NCBI RefSeq assembly: GCF_009914755.1
Contig: NC_060926.1
Origin: the human T2T-CHM13v2.0 reference genome, Homo sapiens
Direction: 5' to 3' (one strand)
DNA: 64,000 nt
Below the pieces are notes generated by a model that saw only the letters and a program-made list of their open reading frames with translations, ran no database searches and had not been told where the DNA came from. The translations under genes were made by a program, and so were the position numbers. Shown piece after piece: positions 26,251 through 39,889 of this stretch; the first letter of the stretch is position 1, and every line of letters begins with the position of its first letter.

Positions 26251-26489
26251 GTGATGTTGATTATTCTGCAGAGCATCAGTTTCCCAGAAAAATCCCCGAG
26301 GCCCTAGTTAAGGCCAGAAGGGAGCAGGGCAGATAGATTTGAGCCTCAATGCTTTGCTTTGTCCAAAGAAGCTCTGCATGGGTCTTATTTAGATGCTGGG
26401 TCTCTGCAGAAAAGTTTATTTTGAAAATAAATATTCTACTTGTAAAATGTGTAAGAATAAATATAAAAATAGGAACACAGAGGAAAGAG

Positions 26490-26642
26490 GTTGATGACAA
26501 AGGGACAGCATGAGGGAGTTTGCTGGATTGGTAGTATTATTTTGCATCTCGATTGTGGTGGTGGTTACACGACTATCCACTTGTCAAAGTTCATACAATG
26601 TGCTGAATTTTACAGTATGTAATCTTTTTAAAGCAAATAAAA
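26490..26642 (+). mobile_element. L1ME 3' end fragment
   Basis: GCATCTCGATTGTGGTGGTGGTTACACGACTATCCACTTGTCAAAGTTCAT. Confidence 0.75.
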
Positions 26643-27243
26643 GCAGGAAAGACTTGATTGCCTTTTGAAGTTGTTTCCAGGCTCATAAGATTGAAGTAAT
26701 TTTATATCATAACCAAAAAAATTATGCCATAACCAACACAGAACTTAGGACTCTGAAATCGATGTTCTGTACATGTCCAAATTCAAGGCTACCCTGAATG
26801 TAAGGCATGCAGCCATTTTCCCTATGAGAAAATTAAGAAACCTGTGTCTGACTCACTTCCATATGTCAACTTTTAAAGCAGATAAAATTGCTAAATAGCT
26901 ATATGATTTATTTCATTAAATTAGTTATATATAACCATTTAATGTCACTTATTATATACAGTAACATGTTGATTTAGAAATGTGGCTTTTTCTCCCTCGC
27001 ATCTTATGAAATAGCTTTCTTGAAACTCTTCATACACACTGCTGACAACAGAATGTCTGCTGTCACCAGAGCTATATTTCGAGTCACACAACACAAAACA
27101 CAGCCCTTCAAAGCACATCCCTTCAAAACACATCATCTTCACTCCCTTAACGGTTATTTGAAGTATAGCATTTTCTCAATCCATGTGATGTGGTTGAAGC
27201 AATTTTTATTACTCTTATAGTTACATTCATGATCTCCACAGAA

Positions 27244-27454
27244 CAAGGCTTCTCAATGCAGCACTATATTTGGACTGGATAATTCCTTGTCGTGGGGGCC
27301 GTCCTGTGCATTGTAAGATGTTTAGCAGCATCCATGGCCTCCACCTACTGGATGCCGGGAGCACTCCCTCAGTCATGACAATAAAAAGTGTCTCCAAAAG
27401 TTTCCAAATGTCCACTGGTGATGGGGCAAAATCACCCCTAAATAAGAACCGCTG
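27244..27454. mobile_element. MER20 hAT-Charlie DNA transposon
   Basis: GGATAATTCCTTGTCGTGGGGGCCGTCCTGTGCATTGTAAGATGTTTAGCAGCATCC..GGGGCAAAATCACCCC. Confidence 0.9.
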
Positions 27455-27789
27455 CCGTAATCTCTTACTGTATTGCTATATTGCATGATTTTAAAATTAT
27501 TTTAAAATTATTTATTTATAACAACACCGATATTTTGAATTGTGAGGTCAGACACAGAGAAACCACTATTAAAATTTTATTAATTTCTTTGCCTCATCTT
27601 TTATTGATTCTATTATTTGAATCTACAATGCATTCACTGTAGCATGACTTAAAGTATTTTCAAGTTTACCTGTCTTCCCCAAACCGAGATTCATTGTATT
27701 TCCGGTGTAGAAATTCAAATACAGGAAAATTCCTGCTCGTTTGAGTGCTAATTCTCTGGGAAACCTCACCCAAGATTCGGGTACACAGT

Positions 27790-28630
27790 GTAATCCAGCT
27801 GAATCTCACCCACAACATTCTCACAGGTGAGTATTTGGCCTTTGCTTGAATACTGCAAGTAACAGAGGGCTCACTACTTTACTTAGTACTTCTGATAGAA
27901 AAGCTTCTCCTTATAATAAGCTCAGCTCTCCCTGCCCAAAACTCCTAGAGGTCAGGCCTAGTTCTGAACAAAATCTGCCCCTTCACAACCTAACAGCATT
28001 TTGAATGTCTTAGTGTGTCTGGAGTTGGTTTCTTCCAGTGGGTTTGTGGTCTCGCTGACTTGAAGAACGAAGCCACGGACCTTCGTGGTGAATGTTACAG
28101 CTTTTAAAGGTGGCACGGAACTAAAGAGTGGGCAGCAGCAAGATTTATTGTGAAGAGGGAAAGGACAAAGCTTCCACAGTGTGGAAGAGGACCTGAGCGT
28201 GTTGCTGGGGCTGGCTGGGGTGGCCAGCTTGTATTCCTTTATTTGTCCTTGCCTATGTTTTGCTGATTGGTCCATTTTACAAAGTGCTGATTGGTCTATT
28301 TTACAGTGTGCTGATTGGTCCATTTTACAGGGTGCTGATTGGTCCATTTTACAAACCTCTTGCTATCTACAAAGCACTGATTGGTGCGTTTTTACAGAGC
28401 ACTAATTGGTGCATTTTACAAACCTCTAGCTAGCTACAGAGCACTGATTGGTGCGTTTTACAAACCTCTAGCTAGCTACAGAAAAGTTCTCCAAGTCCCC
28501 ACTCAACCCAGGAAGTCCAGCTGGCTTCACCTCTCATTAACACAAGACAACCACTACATTCCCACTTTAGTCATTTGTTTTCCAGGCTACAGACTCCCCT
28601 GGCTCATAAGACATGATTTTTCAGCATTGC
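27790..28630 (-). mobile_element. L3/CR1-like remnant split by LTR12F
   Basis: GCCTTTGCTTGAATACT..GGGCTCACTACTT..AGAAAGCTTCTCCTTATA; continues after the LTR (TTTTCCAGGCTA). Confidence 0.45.
28014..28536 (-). mobile_element. LTR12F-like (HERV9) solo LTR
   Basis: The minus strand begins TGAGAGGTGAAGCCAGCTGG and ends CCAGACACA (523 bp). It contains a tandem GCTGATTGG array and a near 4-bp TSD (TTAG/TTAA). Confidence 0.92.
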
Positions 28631-30618
28631 TTCATCCTAGACCTTACCAACGGCCTTTTAGAAAGTGTGACTTAGGATCAACCCCTTGCAAGTCTGTTCA
28701 AGACTGAGAGAAGGGACCTCTGATCATCTAGGCTCTGTGCAGGCTAGAACTGCTTAAGTCTTTTTAATGGAAGGGTCATACCATTTTATAATTTCGTGCT
28801 TAAGGACTGCAAAAATTTACATAAACTGCACATAAATAGTAATTTTGTCTTTCATTAGGTAAATTAAAGAACAGTGGTAAATGCTGCTCTGAACCTAATT
28901 TTGCCCAGGCAGGAGAAATGTTTTTAGTGAAATGAAAAGGTGATGGGAGACAGTGACAATGTGATACCTATTAATAGAAACCTCTCTTCCTTCTATAAAC
29001 AGAAGGAAAAATAGAGACAGAAACGCAGAGAGACAGAGACAAAGATGGAGAGGCGAAGAGAAATATTAAGAGAGAGCAAGAGATTAAAAGATGGAGAGAA
29101 AAACTCCAGCATCTTATTAGGGTTTTTTTTTTTGTATAGTCTTATTTAGGCTTTAGCTAGTGTTCCATTATGACTCTCAGATTCTTTATTTGTGTGAAAT
29201 AACCACAAACCTGCTCCACTGGTTTTTGAAGAAAAGCCACACTGTTGTGAGAGTCAGATGCAATGACACTCAGTATCCTTCAATTACAGAACAGAGAAAA
29301 AAGCTTAATTTCTGCTAAATCTTAGGGAATAAATATTCAAGGTTTATTTCCCGTAATACTTTATCCCAGATAGTACAGAATTATATTATTTGAGATTAAA
29401 GCCACCCCATAAGAGGATTAGTAACACAGAAGAGCAGGTACATTTTGTAACGATTCCCACCTCTAAACTGAATAAAATGAGATGACTTCAATTTTCTATC
29501 TGATCTTCTGATTTTCATTTTCCCAAGACATTAAGGCACCCAATAAAAGTGGACTGACTAATAGCCCTTGATAAGGATGCTTTGAAGAGGCTGTTGCTAT
29601 CTGGTCTTGGCAACACTGAGAAGTAGGTTACATGTGTTTTTTAAGGACCTTTCCTACCAACCACTAATCTCTGTTTTCAGGAAATCAGCCAGTGCCCTCC
29701 AGTTGCTGCCCAAGTGATGTAGCAATAGCCCTTGTCCTCCGAGCCTTGCCACCCTCCTTTCCCCTTGAAGATTTACCTGGTTTGTGGTCCAGGTCCTCCA
29801 GCCCAGCTAAACAACTGGATAATAGTCGTGTTTATGCCAGCCAACATCAAGGTGTCTCTAGGTTAACATACAGCTCCACTTTAGATACTTCAACTCGAAA
29901 GAATGAGGTACAGAGGCAGTCCAGATAGGAAGGCAGGCCCATGAAGTAGGCCATTTTGACAACGCCATCTACCTTATTCCAGGTAGGTGACCCTTTGCTC
30001 TGTGGCTGGGAAGCACAGGGTGAGGATTTTTGCCTGTTTCCTTTTGTTTTGGTTTTGGTTGTGGATCTTTCTCCCTCTCTCTTTTTTAACAATTCACTAG
30101 CCCTTTAAGGATCTTATTACCTTGGCTATTTCGTCAAGTGTTTAAATTATCGACCACCTCACCTGAACTGGTAGATAAGCCTAATTCTCACATCTGCAGC
30201 AGCAGGCAAGGGGCAGAGGCTTAGAACCACCGAATCTGACCATCAGAGTTTTAATTTCCTCCACCAGGCAGAAAATAAGAAAATGAAACAGTGAGCAACA
30301 CACGTGCAGCCCATAAACAGCCACCCTTCCTGCTCCCGAGCGGAGATCCAATACCAATTTAGTCTTATCTGTCTAGAAAATCATTATTTGAAGACTTGGA
30401 AAGGTCAAGAGAGTTCCAGTTTTCACTTCTTATACTTTCATCTGCAGCACAAAGAGAGGGAGGAATCTGACAAGCGTGGGGCTAATTTGGTTCACTCAAG
30501 CACCCAAAGGGAAAAATATTGAGATTGTCTCCACAAGGATCAAATGGAATCCATAATTCATGGCACATTCTGTCCCTCTCAGTGCTGGTAAAACATCAGC
30601 TTTCAAGATAAAATGGGA

Positions 30619-30933
<315 letters not shown>

Positions 30934-30984
30934 TGGTGGGGTCTGCATGGATGGGAGTATAAAACGTGTCAATCCAGCTGGGCC

Positions 30985-31150
30985 TCTTATTCATTCAATC
31001 ATACTAAGAACAGTTCTTGAGCATTTACTGTGTACCAAGCATTGCAAGTCGCTGCCCCCAAGGGGCTGACAGCCTAGGGAGAGTCAGATAAGAAAACCAA
31101 GGCTTATGGAATTGACCAAGTTTTAAAACAATAAGACAAAACAGCAGTGA
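30985..31150 (-). mobile_element. L2 3' fragment
   Basis: TTCATTCAATCA..TTGAGCATTTACTGTGTACCAAGCATTG. Confidence 0.55.
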
Positions 31151-31774
31151 TGATGGAGGGAATGCCTTACTAGAAGAGATTGTATTGGGGGAGGCACTGA
31201 ATTATAAAGCAGCAAAGAACTTAGAGAGCTTAGCCTCTTTCTCAGTGGGTGCAGCAGGAAAAACAGTGTAATACTGAGATCTCTGGCAGGAAATGGACTG
31301 TGTCAACTATTATCATAGACATCTAACATTGGCAGGGCATTCCAAGTGATCTTCAAACATCCAAAGCTTAAGGTCCAATTTTAAAAGCTGACACATATGT
31401 AGCAATTAGGGTTAGTCAAGGGGCCATTCAGTGGTGCTGACTCCAACTCAAAAAGTGGAGCTCAATGCAGGCCCAAAATATCAGAGAAGGAAATCAGAAG
31501 TGTAAGCACTGGGCCTAGAGGATTGCATTTAAAAGAAAGATGAAGGTGAGAGGGATGCAAGGCAAAGGGAAGAGCATGAGCATGAGAAAAAAACACGCAG
31601 AGGGAAATGAGCAAGACAATTAACAAAGACCTATTGCACTGCAATGAATGGCCTTTGCTGGCAAATGGTGGGCATTCATATTATAAAGGTCTAAAATGAA
31701 TGCCCATAAGAGCTAATACAGAAGCAAAATTAGAGTGCTGACATTCAACTGGATGGTGGAGAGTTTTGACAACT

Positions 31775-31975
31775 GTATGAAGGCGACATAACAGAGAATA
31801 GACAGATGGAATAAAACTCAAAGGAGTCTCCTGCAGAAGTGAGGACCCAGTTGAGAAAAGAGGGCATGGATACTTACTACACTCAGACGGTCTCATCTTA
31901 GTTCGCCACAACAGCACACTTAAAAATAGACACTGGAAATAAGTACTGGAAATAGAATGCAGACGTTGGGGCATT
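31775..31975 (+). repeat. 201-bp direct repeat, copy 1 (copy 2 at 34098-34298)
   Basis: Ungapped alignment with 9 mismatches in 201 bp. Confidence 0.97.
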
Positions 31976-32453
31976 TCCTCCCCTTCCTTTCCTATCTAAC
32001 CCATAGATGTTTCATCTTCCCTCCTATTCTTCAAGGAAAACATTTTTGTGATAGAGAATATCCTCAACCCCTTGTCTTAGGAAGAGGTCTCTTTGCAGGG
32101 CTGGTTACAGATTCTGAGAAAAAAGGTATAGATTAGAGGAAAAATAAAACTGCCCACTGTTATCCCCATGTTATAGATGAGGAGGCAGATGCCCAGAGAG
32201 TACCTAGACCAAGGCCATATTTCTATCCTTGATAGACTGAAAGGGGGCATTGCTTAAAGCACCAAGGGTGCATGTAGTCAGCAACAGACTGGAAATAGGT
32301 AAAGAAAGAAAAGCAGATGGCTGAAGTCTGAACTTCACAGAAAAGCACAAATGACAGCAAGAGAAAAAAGAGGAGGTAGTGAGTTACCTGAGAAGAGAAC
32401 TAAGAAAATGATGGCCAGAAGTTTAATCATTTTTTTAAATTTTCTATACCTTA

Positions 32454-32973
32454 TGTTGATTTTATGTCTCAAAAATCTTGTGGGCTGAAGAGAAACTGTC
32501 CCTTGCAAGGCTAGCCAGTTCTTAGAGATAACCAAGAGATTGGCAGGGACACGCCAATCATATGTAAACTACCCAATCCAGAGCCCTTATTCCAAAGCAC
32601 CTACTCTAACTCTACACTCCAAGAGGCAATATTCTAGTGCTGTGATCATCCCAGGGCCAGGTGCAAGACAGCCAGGGACAACTCCTATGCCCCAGAGCCC
32701 ACTGGAATTATTCAAACTAGCCAATCCTAAACTGTTCCCCCTTCCTGCCTTGCCTTTCCCATGGAATCCATGATGGTTTCATGGTTTTCCATAGAAACCA
32801 TGCTTCTGCCTTACTCCTGACCAAGCCTGGTGCTTCCACATGTGGACTTGCATGGCATAGGGTGCCCCTTTTTCTCGGAAAATGTAAGTAATAAAAATTC
32901 TCCTTCCAATGGCATTGGCCTCTCTGTGTTGTGACTCAGTCACACGGATTAATTAAGACCCAGACACGGATCA
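32454..32973 (+). mobile_element. MER74/MER73-like ERVL solo LTR
   Basis: GCTAGCCAGTTCTTAGAGATA..CCAATCCAGAGCCC..CCCAGGGCCAGGT..AATTATTCAAACTAGCCAATCCTAA. Confidence 0.75.
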
Positions 32974-33499
32974 TGGCCCCAGTTAACATTTAATCTTGAA
33001 ATGGAAATTTACCTCCAAATTGTCCTCTCTAATAAAAGATTACAGGTAATCTCCTAAATCTGAATAGCCCAGACAAAATGGAATGGAATCAGTGTACCAT
33101 TTCTTGAAACTAGTAATGTATTCCTAATCAATTATAGACTTTTAAATAACAACATTAATAAAGTGTCTAAAAAGATTATACACTGCCACAGTTTCTTAAT
33201 TAAAGCAAACTCAAAACGTAACAATAAGCATAATAAATAAACCTCTGTGGAATAACTCCAGCTTCAAAGAAATCAAATGTGATAAATGGTAGATGCAGGG
33301 GAAATGTCTGTTGCCAGAAATAAAAAGAGAAATGAACACACTTAACATAATTCCCAAAACCAGAAAGCAGTTTTGAATGGTTATCAAAGTGGATGCAATC
33401 ACCAGCATGTGTGAAAGGTGCTGCTTTGAAAAAGAGGAGGGACCCAGTTTCCCTGGGCAGAAGAATAAAAGAATGGGTGGCTATACAGAGATACCATGA

Positions 33500-33960
33500 A
33501 GCAGCAGGGTGGACCACCAGGTGTTCTTCTCCTCTTCCCTAGAAAAGGAGCCCCTGACATTTTAGATGGGCATAGGTCGTATAGCCAATCAGAGCACACT
33601 ACATTCTCCAGACTCAGTAAAGCCATGAGACTAACTCCTGGGTGGACTGAAAGGTAATGTGTTGTATGTGATTTCTGGGGTGTGTCCTCAAACAGAGAGA
33701 TATGCCTGATTTCTCCCTTTTCTGCACCCTACTGCCTGAAATGTGAACATGATAATGGGCTCTCAAGCAGCCACTGTGAATCCTTAGGATAAAGACAACA
33801 CCCAAGGTACAGGAGAGCATTGAGCTGGAAGGTATCTGGATTTCTGAGGATCCTTGAGCCAACATAGAACCCTGAACTTCCCTCTTCCTAACTATACGTA
33901 AGAGAAAGAAAACAGACTTTACCCTGTTTGAACGACCACTATTTGGAGCAAGTTTTCAAA
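33500..33960 (+). mobile_element. MLT1J-like MaLR LTR
   Basis: CTGCCTGAAATGTGAACATGATAATGG..CAAGCAGCCA..GAGAAAGAAAACAGACTTTACCCTGTTTGAA. Confidence 0.6.
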
Positions 33961-34097
33961 CAACTGTAATGATAAAAGAATTAATTATTTAAGAAAGCTC
34001 ACCTTGAAAGACCTAAAGTAAAGCTAAAGATAAAATTATAAGCTGTGATAAAATGATGAAGAACAGATGAGATGAGGGCTTAATTACGGCATAGTGA

Positions 34098-34298
34098 GTA
34101 TGAAGGCGACATAACAGAGAATTGACAGATGGAATAAAATTCAAAGGAGTTTCCTGCAGAAGTGAGGACCCAGTTGAGAAAGGAGGGCGTGGATACTTAC
34201 TACACTCAGACGGTCTCATCTTAATTCGCCACAACAGCATACTTAAAAATAGACACTGGAAATAAGTATTGGAAATAGAATGCAGACATTGGGGCATT
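34098..34298 (+). repeat. 201-bp direct repeat, copy 2
   Basis: About 95.5% identical to 31775-31975. Confidence 0.97.
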
Positions 34299-34529
34299 GT
34301 GTGCGGTTGGGGATTGTCAACGCAGGTGAAATTCAAAGAGTTAGGAGAATAAGAAAACTTTGGATACTGGCAAAGGCATGACATACACAGCTAAGGGTTT
34401 CTGGATTAAAAAAAAAAAATCCAAACCAAGATAGAATTAAAGAGAATAGAGAAAAACTAAGGTTCAGAGTCCTAATGAAGGTAAAATCAGATTCAGAAGA
34501 AAGAGGAAGATGAGGGTACTAGTGGGTGC

Positions 34530-34745
34530 TTGTTAAGGTCGTGAGCTTTCATGATCAGACAGACACAAATTGGAACACCAGATTTTCCATTTACTAGTTG
34601 TGTTACCTTAGGAAAGTCATTTAGCTTTTCTGAGTCTATTTCATCATGTGTAAAATATGAATGAGAATATCTATATTGTAGGATTAGCCCTTGACCTTAG
34701 CTTCATGCCTGGAAAATAATAATAGCTTGAATAAATAACAGCTGT
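34530..34745 (+). mobile_element. MIR
   Basis: CCATTTACTAGTTGTGTTACCTTAGGAAAGTCATTTAGCTTTTCTGAGTCT. Confidence 0.75.
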
Positions 34746-34917
34746 TGCTATAAAGTAAAGAGGCTATGTTTAGGGAGGAGGAGTTCAGAGTTTGAGACTT
34801 GAGGTGGTGAACAGCAGGGGAGAGTAGAGGACAGAGGACAAAGAAGTCATACAGTCAGAACCATGTCTGGAAATTGCAAACTTTTCCACCCCAGCATTTA
34901 AAACATGCTAAAGTGTT

Positions 34918-35125
34918 AGTTTTCAAACTGGGTTCCATATAACCCTATGATTGCTCAGAAGTGCCTCAAGGGATCCCCTTAGAGAAGAAGGAGAGAAGAT
35001 CATACAGACGAGACTCCTGACCTCCTCACCCACTTCAACCAGAGCAGGTTTCTTTTTATAATTTTATATGTTTTATATCTTGGAGTTCAGCATAAATTTT
35101 CACTCAGAAAGGTTTCTAGTGCAAA
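34918..35125. mobile_element. MER112-like hAT element
   Basis: TTTTCAAACTGGGTTCC..GTGCCTCAAGGG..CCCACTTCAACCAGAGCAG. Confidence 0.6.
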
Positions 35126-35275
35126 AAGAAAGAAGAAAGAAAAGAGAAAGAGAAAGAAAGAAAGAGAGAGAGAGAGAAAGAAGAAAAGGAAAGAGAGAGA
35201 GAGAGAAAAGGAAGGTAGAAGAGAAAGAAGTAGTAGTAGTAATAGAAGCAGAAGTAGTAGTAGAAATAGTAATAA
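35125..35275. repeat. GA-rich low-complexity tract followed by (TAG)n-like repeat
   Basis: Seen directly in the sequence. Confidence 0.9.
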
Positions 35276-35354
35276 TTTGCAACTCTCAAACCAAGGCAAT
35301 TCACTTCTTAGTGGCACACATGCACTGGAGAGCACCAATGCAAGCCCCAGTGAA

Positions 35355-35739
35355 TGTGTCAGTCAAGATCCTAGAAGAAACAGACAATATATTCAAAGGG
35401 GTGATTGAGAACTATTTTCAGGGTGAGAACAGAGTCAATAGAAACCAAGAAGAAATGGTGAAGCATCCAAAGGCTAGCAATAGTGGGGAGCCCTTACCAC
35501 TCCTAAAACTGATGAGGCAATTAGAGAGTTGTGGGCCTGGCTTAGCAGCAGGGAAAGGCTTCCCACAGGACTTCTGGCCTTCAATGACTGGATGCTGCCA
35601 CAGCTAGCCCACTGACCACCAGGAAGGAATCCAGGGGAGCCCAATTGAGGCAGTCCATAGAGGTCAGCCTTCCAGGACATAGAGCAAGCTGAGAACGGTA
35701 GAAAGTGAATTCAGAGAGGCAAACAGAATACTCAGAACA
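35355..35739 (-). mobile_element. LTR33-like ERVL LTR
   Basis: GGTGAAGCATCCAAAGGCTAGCAATAGTGGGGAGC..GCAGTCCATAGAGGTCAGCCTTCCAGGACATAGAGCA. Confidence 0.7.
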
Positions 35740-35903
35740 GTGGATTCTCATTCCTTCTGCTAAGATCCCACTCTCCTTCGTCCCCCATGCCAGGGTGCAT
35801 TGCTGACATTCCCCAAGAAGAATTCCCAGTGTCTGGTGTCTGGGCAGGTAAATAGAAACAAGGACACTCCACTCAATACTTCCCTGATTCCCTGAATACT
35901 CAC

Positions 35904-36791
<888 letters not shown>

Positions 36792-38419
36792 TGCCCACAT
36801 CTACCTGTATCCATTGGCTTTAATGCACTACTTCCTGCTATTCCTACCTGCTGGGGACCATACTGCACATGCACCTTCTGCATGGACGGGAGGGAGGCAG
36901 AATTTCACTGCAGAGGTACTATAGAGTCCACCCACAGAGACTCCACAAAGAGAAAGGGGATCCAAAAGCTGCGAGGAAAAAAGCCAACTGCATGACCGTT
37001 TTCCCTTGCTGATTAAAAATAATTATCATACAAAGTAGATTTTACATCTGCCACTCCCACTTCTCAAAAAAAAAAAAAATAAAACATAAGTGTGATAGCT
37101 GAACAGCAATACACGACATCTTAAAAATGATTCTACTAAGTTCAGACAACTTTTGAGTTGGAGCCAAGAACAGCACAATAAACTCTACACATTTAGGGCA
37201 ACTTTTGTTTGTTTGTTCGTATGATTGTTTGTTGTACAAGGTAAAGGAGCAAGAAAAGTTGTGTGCTAGAAGGATAAAACAATATTTTGTAAATAAAATG
37301 TCAGAGCCTTTTGTGCAGTAAAGAGATTTAGAGCTATTGATAAACACCAAAGTTTAAAACATTTCCAAACAGACACATATTTGGTATATGTTTTTAAATC
37401 TCACATTATTTGCAGTTACAACTGAAATGTTGCTAACATTCCCAAGCACTAAGAAATTGATTCTCACACATTTACTTACAGCTTCTGGTGGTTTATGAGT
37501 TTCTGGTAAATACAATGTCTGCCTTTTCTCCAACTAGTACACATTCATTTGCCAGCCTAAGATAAAGATAATCACAGACTTCATTCTTTCCTGGTGACAG
37601 ATGTATAAAACAGAAGCCGCACAAACATAACGATGCGATCTGTGCACTTGTCGGTGTCTCTGTTCCTTCCATATGCTGACGGATTGCTTGGTGTGGTACA
37701 TAAACAGTTCTGATCACACTTAGGTAGAATCTCAATGCTATTGCAGTGGGATCACGTTTGAGCAGCCTTGACAAGCCATTTTTTCCACATCCCATCTATG
37801 ATAATAACGGTATGACCCCCACATAAGTTATTGTTAAAAGCCCAAAAAAGAAACCCTCCACCTTCTTTAAGTAAATCTTTTTTTTTTTTTTAAATACGAT
37901 ACAGTGAGATTCTTCTTTTTGATATCTTGGAAACTGTTTCCAGGACTGCTGGTGTTTGCCCTTTTAGCTTCAGTAAACGCTTCGTTAATGTGAATACTCG
38001 TACCCTAATTTGCCTTTGTGGTCTATTTAGATTTCTGCATGTCATATTTTATTAAGTAGAGCCCATTTACAGTGTGAAACATTCAGCTGTCATGTCAAGA
38101 GTGTCCAGAAGCTGGTGGACAATTCACTGACAGATTTCAGAAGTCATAAGTATTAGCTTCATATTTCATCATGACTGCCTCCCTGATGACAAGAAAGCCA
38201 TTGTGCAGCTCTGTGTCTCCCTTTCACTGTCACATGCAAATGCGGAGGCGAGTCTTCGGTTTCTCCTTTATAGATGTCTAAAATTGGATAGTTAAAAATA
38301 TGCCAAAGCTATAAATGGTACAACATTAATGATTTCTGTGCATTCCCTTCCTCTTCACTTCAGTGTGTTTTCAAAAGCCAGCACCTGTATATTTTCTTCG
38401 TAAGATGCCCTTAACCTAC

Positions 38420-38740
38420 TAAAGAGTCAGGCCCTGGGGGTTTATATCCCACGCCGCCCACCCCATGATGCAACCATTAGCCAACAACTGTCAAGTGAGG
38501 GAGAAGGGGAGGCTAATTTCTTTTCTTCCAGGTGAGGAAACACTGAAGTGTGGCTTACATTCCATGATGTAGGATCACGCTGAAGACCTAGCCTGAGACC
38601 ACACCACAGCTTGACTTCCTTCCTTCCCTAACCTAATACTTCACTTCCTCCCTGGTCTTCCTGGGAGCCTTTCTTCAATAGTGCACTTGCACATAAAATC
38701 TCCATTTCTGGGTCTGTTTCTGAGGAACTTGAGCTAAGAC
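38420..38740 (+). mobile_element. LTR16C-like ERVL LTR
   Basis: CCTAGCCTGAGACCACACC..CACTTGCACATAAAATCTCCATTTCTGGGTCTGTTTCTGAGGAACTTGAGCTAAGACA. Confidence 0.75.
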
Positions 38741-38859
38741 ATACCCAAATCCAGAAAAGCAACATCAATAATACTCTCAAAAGGAGTTTATACCTTCAAG
38801 AGTTTCCAGGTAAGGACGAGACTCATTGTGCTTGAAGTCTAAAAGAATATGGTAGGTGA

Positions 38860-39180
<321 letters not shown>

Positions 39181-39295
39181 TTAAGATTTCCTGATCACCA
39201 GGAATCTTTTGAAACCTTTTATACCTTGACCCCTCACCACTGTGCATGATATCCAGATGGTTGAATTCAGAGAGGAGGGCAAGCATTTGATATTT

Positions 39296-39712
39296 GTACC
39301 AGTCAGTGTGGGTGAGATTATGCTACATTGACAAGCAACTTCCAGTGTTAATGATTTACAGCAATAACAAAAAAAAGGCTCATTTCTCCATCACACTACA
39401 CATGACTAGCATGGACGGTTGAGGAGCTCTGTTATTGAGGTCACTCAGGGACCCAGGCTGAGAAAGACACCATCTTGGCCCTTCTGTCCACATTTACCAC
39501 CACCGGAGGAAGAGAATGTGGTGAAGAGCATACTGGCCCTTGAAACTTCTGCCCAGGAGTGAACACACATCACTTCCATACATATTTTATTGGCTAAGGC
39601 AAGTCATACAGCCATGACTAACAGAAAGCGATAGGGAAGTGAAGTTTTCTATGTTATTGGAAGGATGAGAATCAAAGTACTGTATTTGTAAACTCTTCTC
39701 ATGATTAACACA
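39296..39712 (-). mobile_element. Old MLT1 (I/J-like) LTR
   Basis: CTCAGGGACCCAGGCTGA..ACTTCTGCCCAGGAGTGA..ATTGGCTAAGGCAAGTCATACAGCCA. Confidence 0.7.
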
Positions 39713-39889
39713 ACGGTCTCTTAAATATCATCCAGCAGGTCCCTGAGAAATTAAGTGTTGGCTACTTCTAAAAAGCAAACCAAACACATCTAATGACTTT
39801 AAACTAGCAGGCTTTCTACAAGACTCATTGTTATTCAACAAATGTCCAATAATATTTTCCTTAAATAAAAACTAAACTTGGGCCTGAAA

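Noticed and set aside
28260-28480. Spaced repeats resembling a CRISPR-like array
   Set aside because: These are the normal internal CCAAT tandem repeats of LTR12; there are no unique spacers, and the context is eukaryotic.
31681-34384. Two similar minus-strand ORFs (MPQ.LHSIS.TYFQCLFLS..) suggesting paralogous genes
   Set aside because: The similarity only reflects the 201-bp DNA duplication; there is no coding signature.
35068-35607. 179-aa ORF
   Set aside because: It is made of GA-rich low-complexity sequence plus MER112 and LTR33 remnants, so it is open only because of composition.
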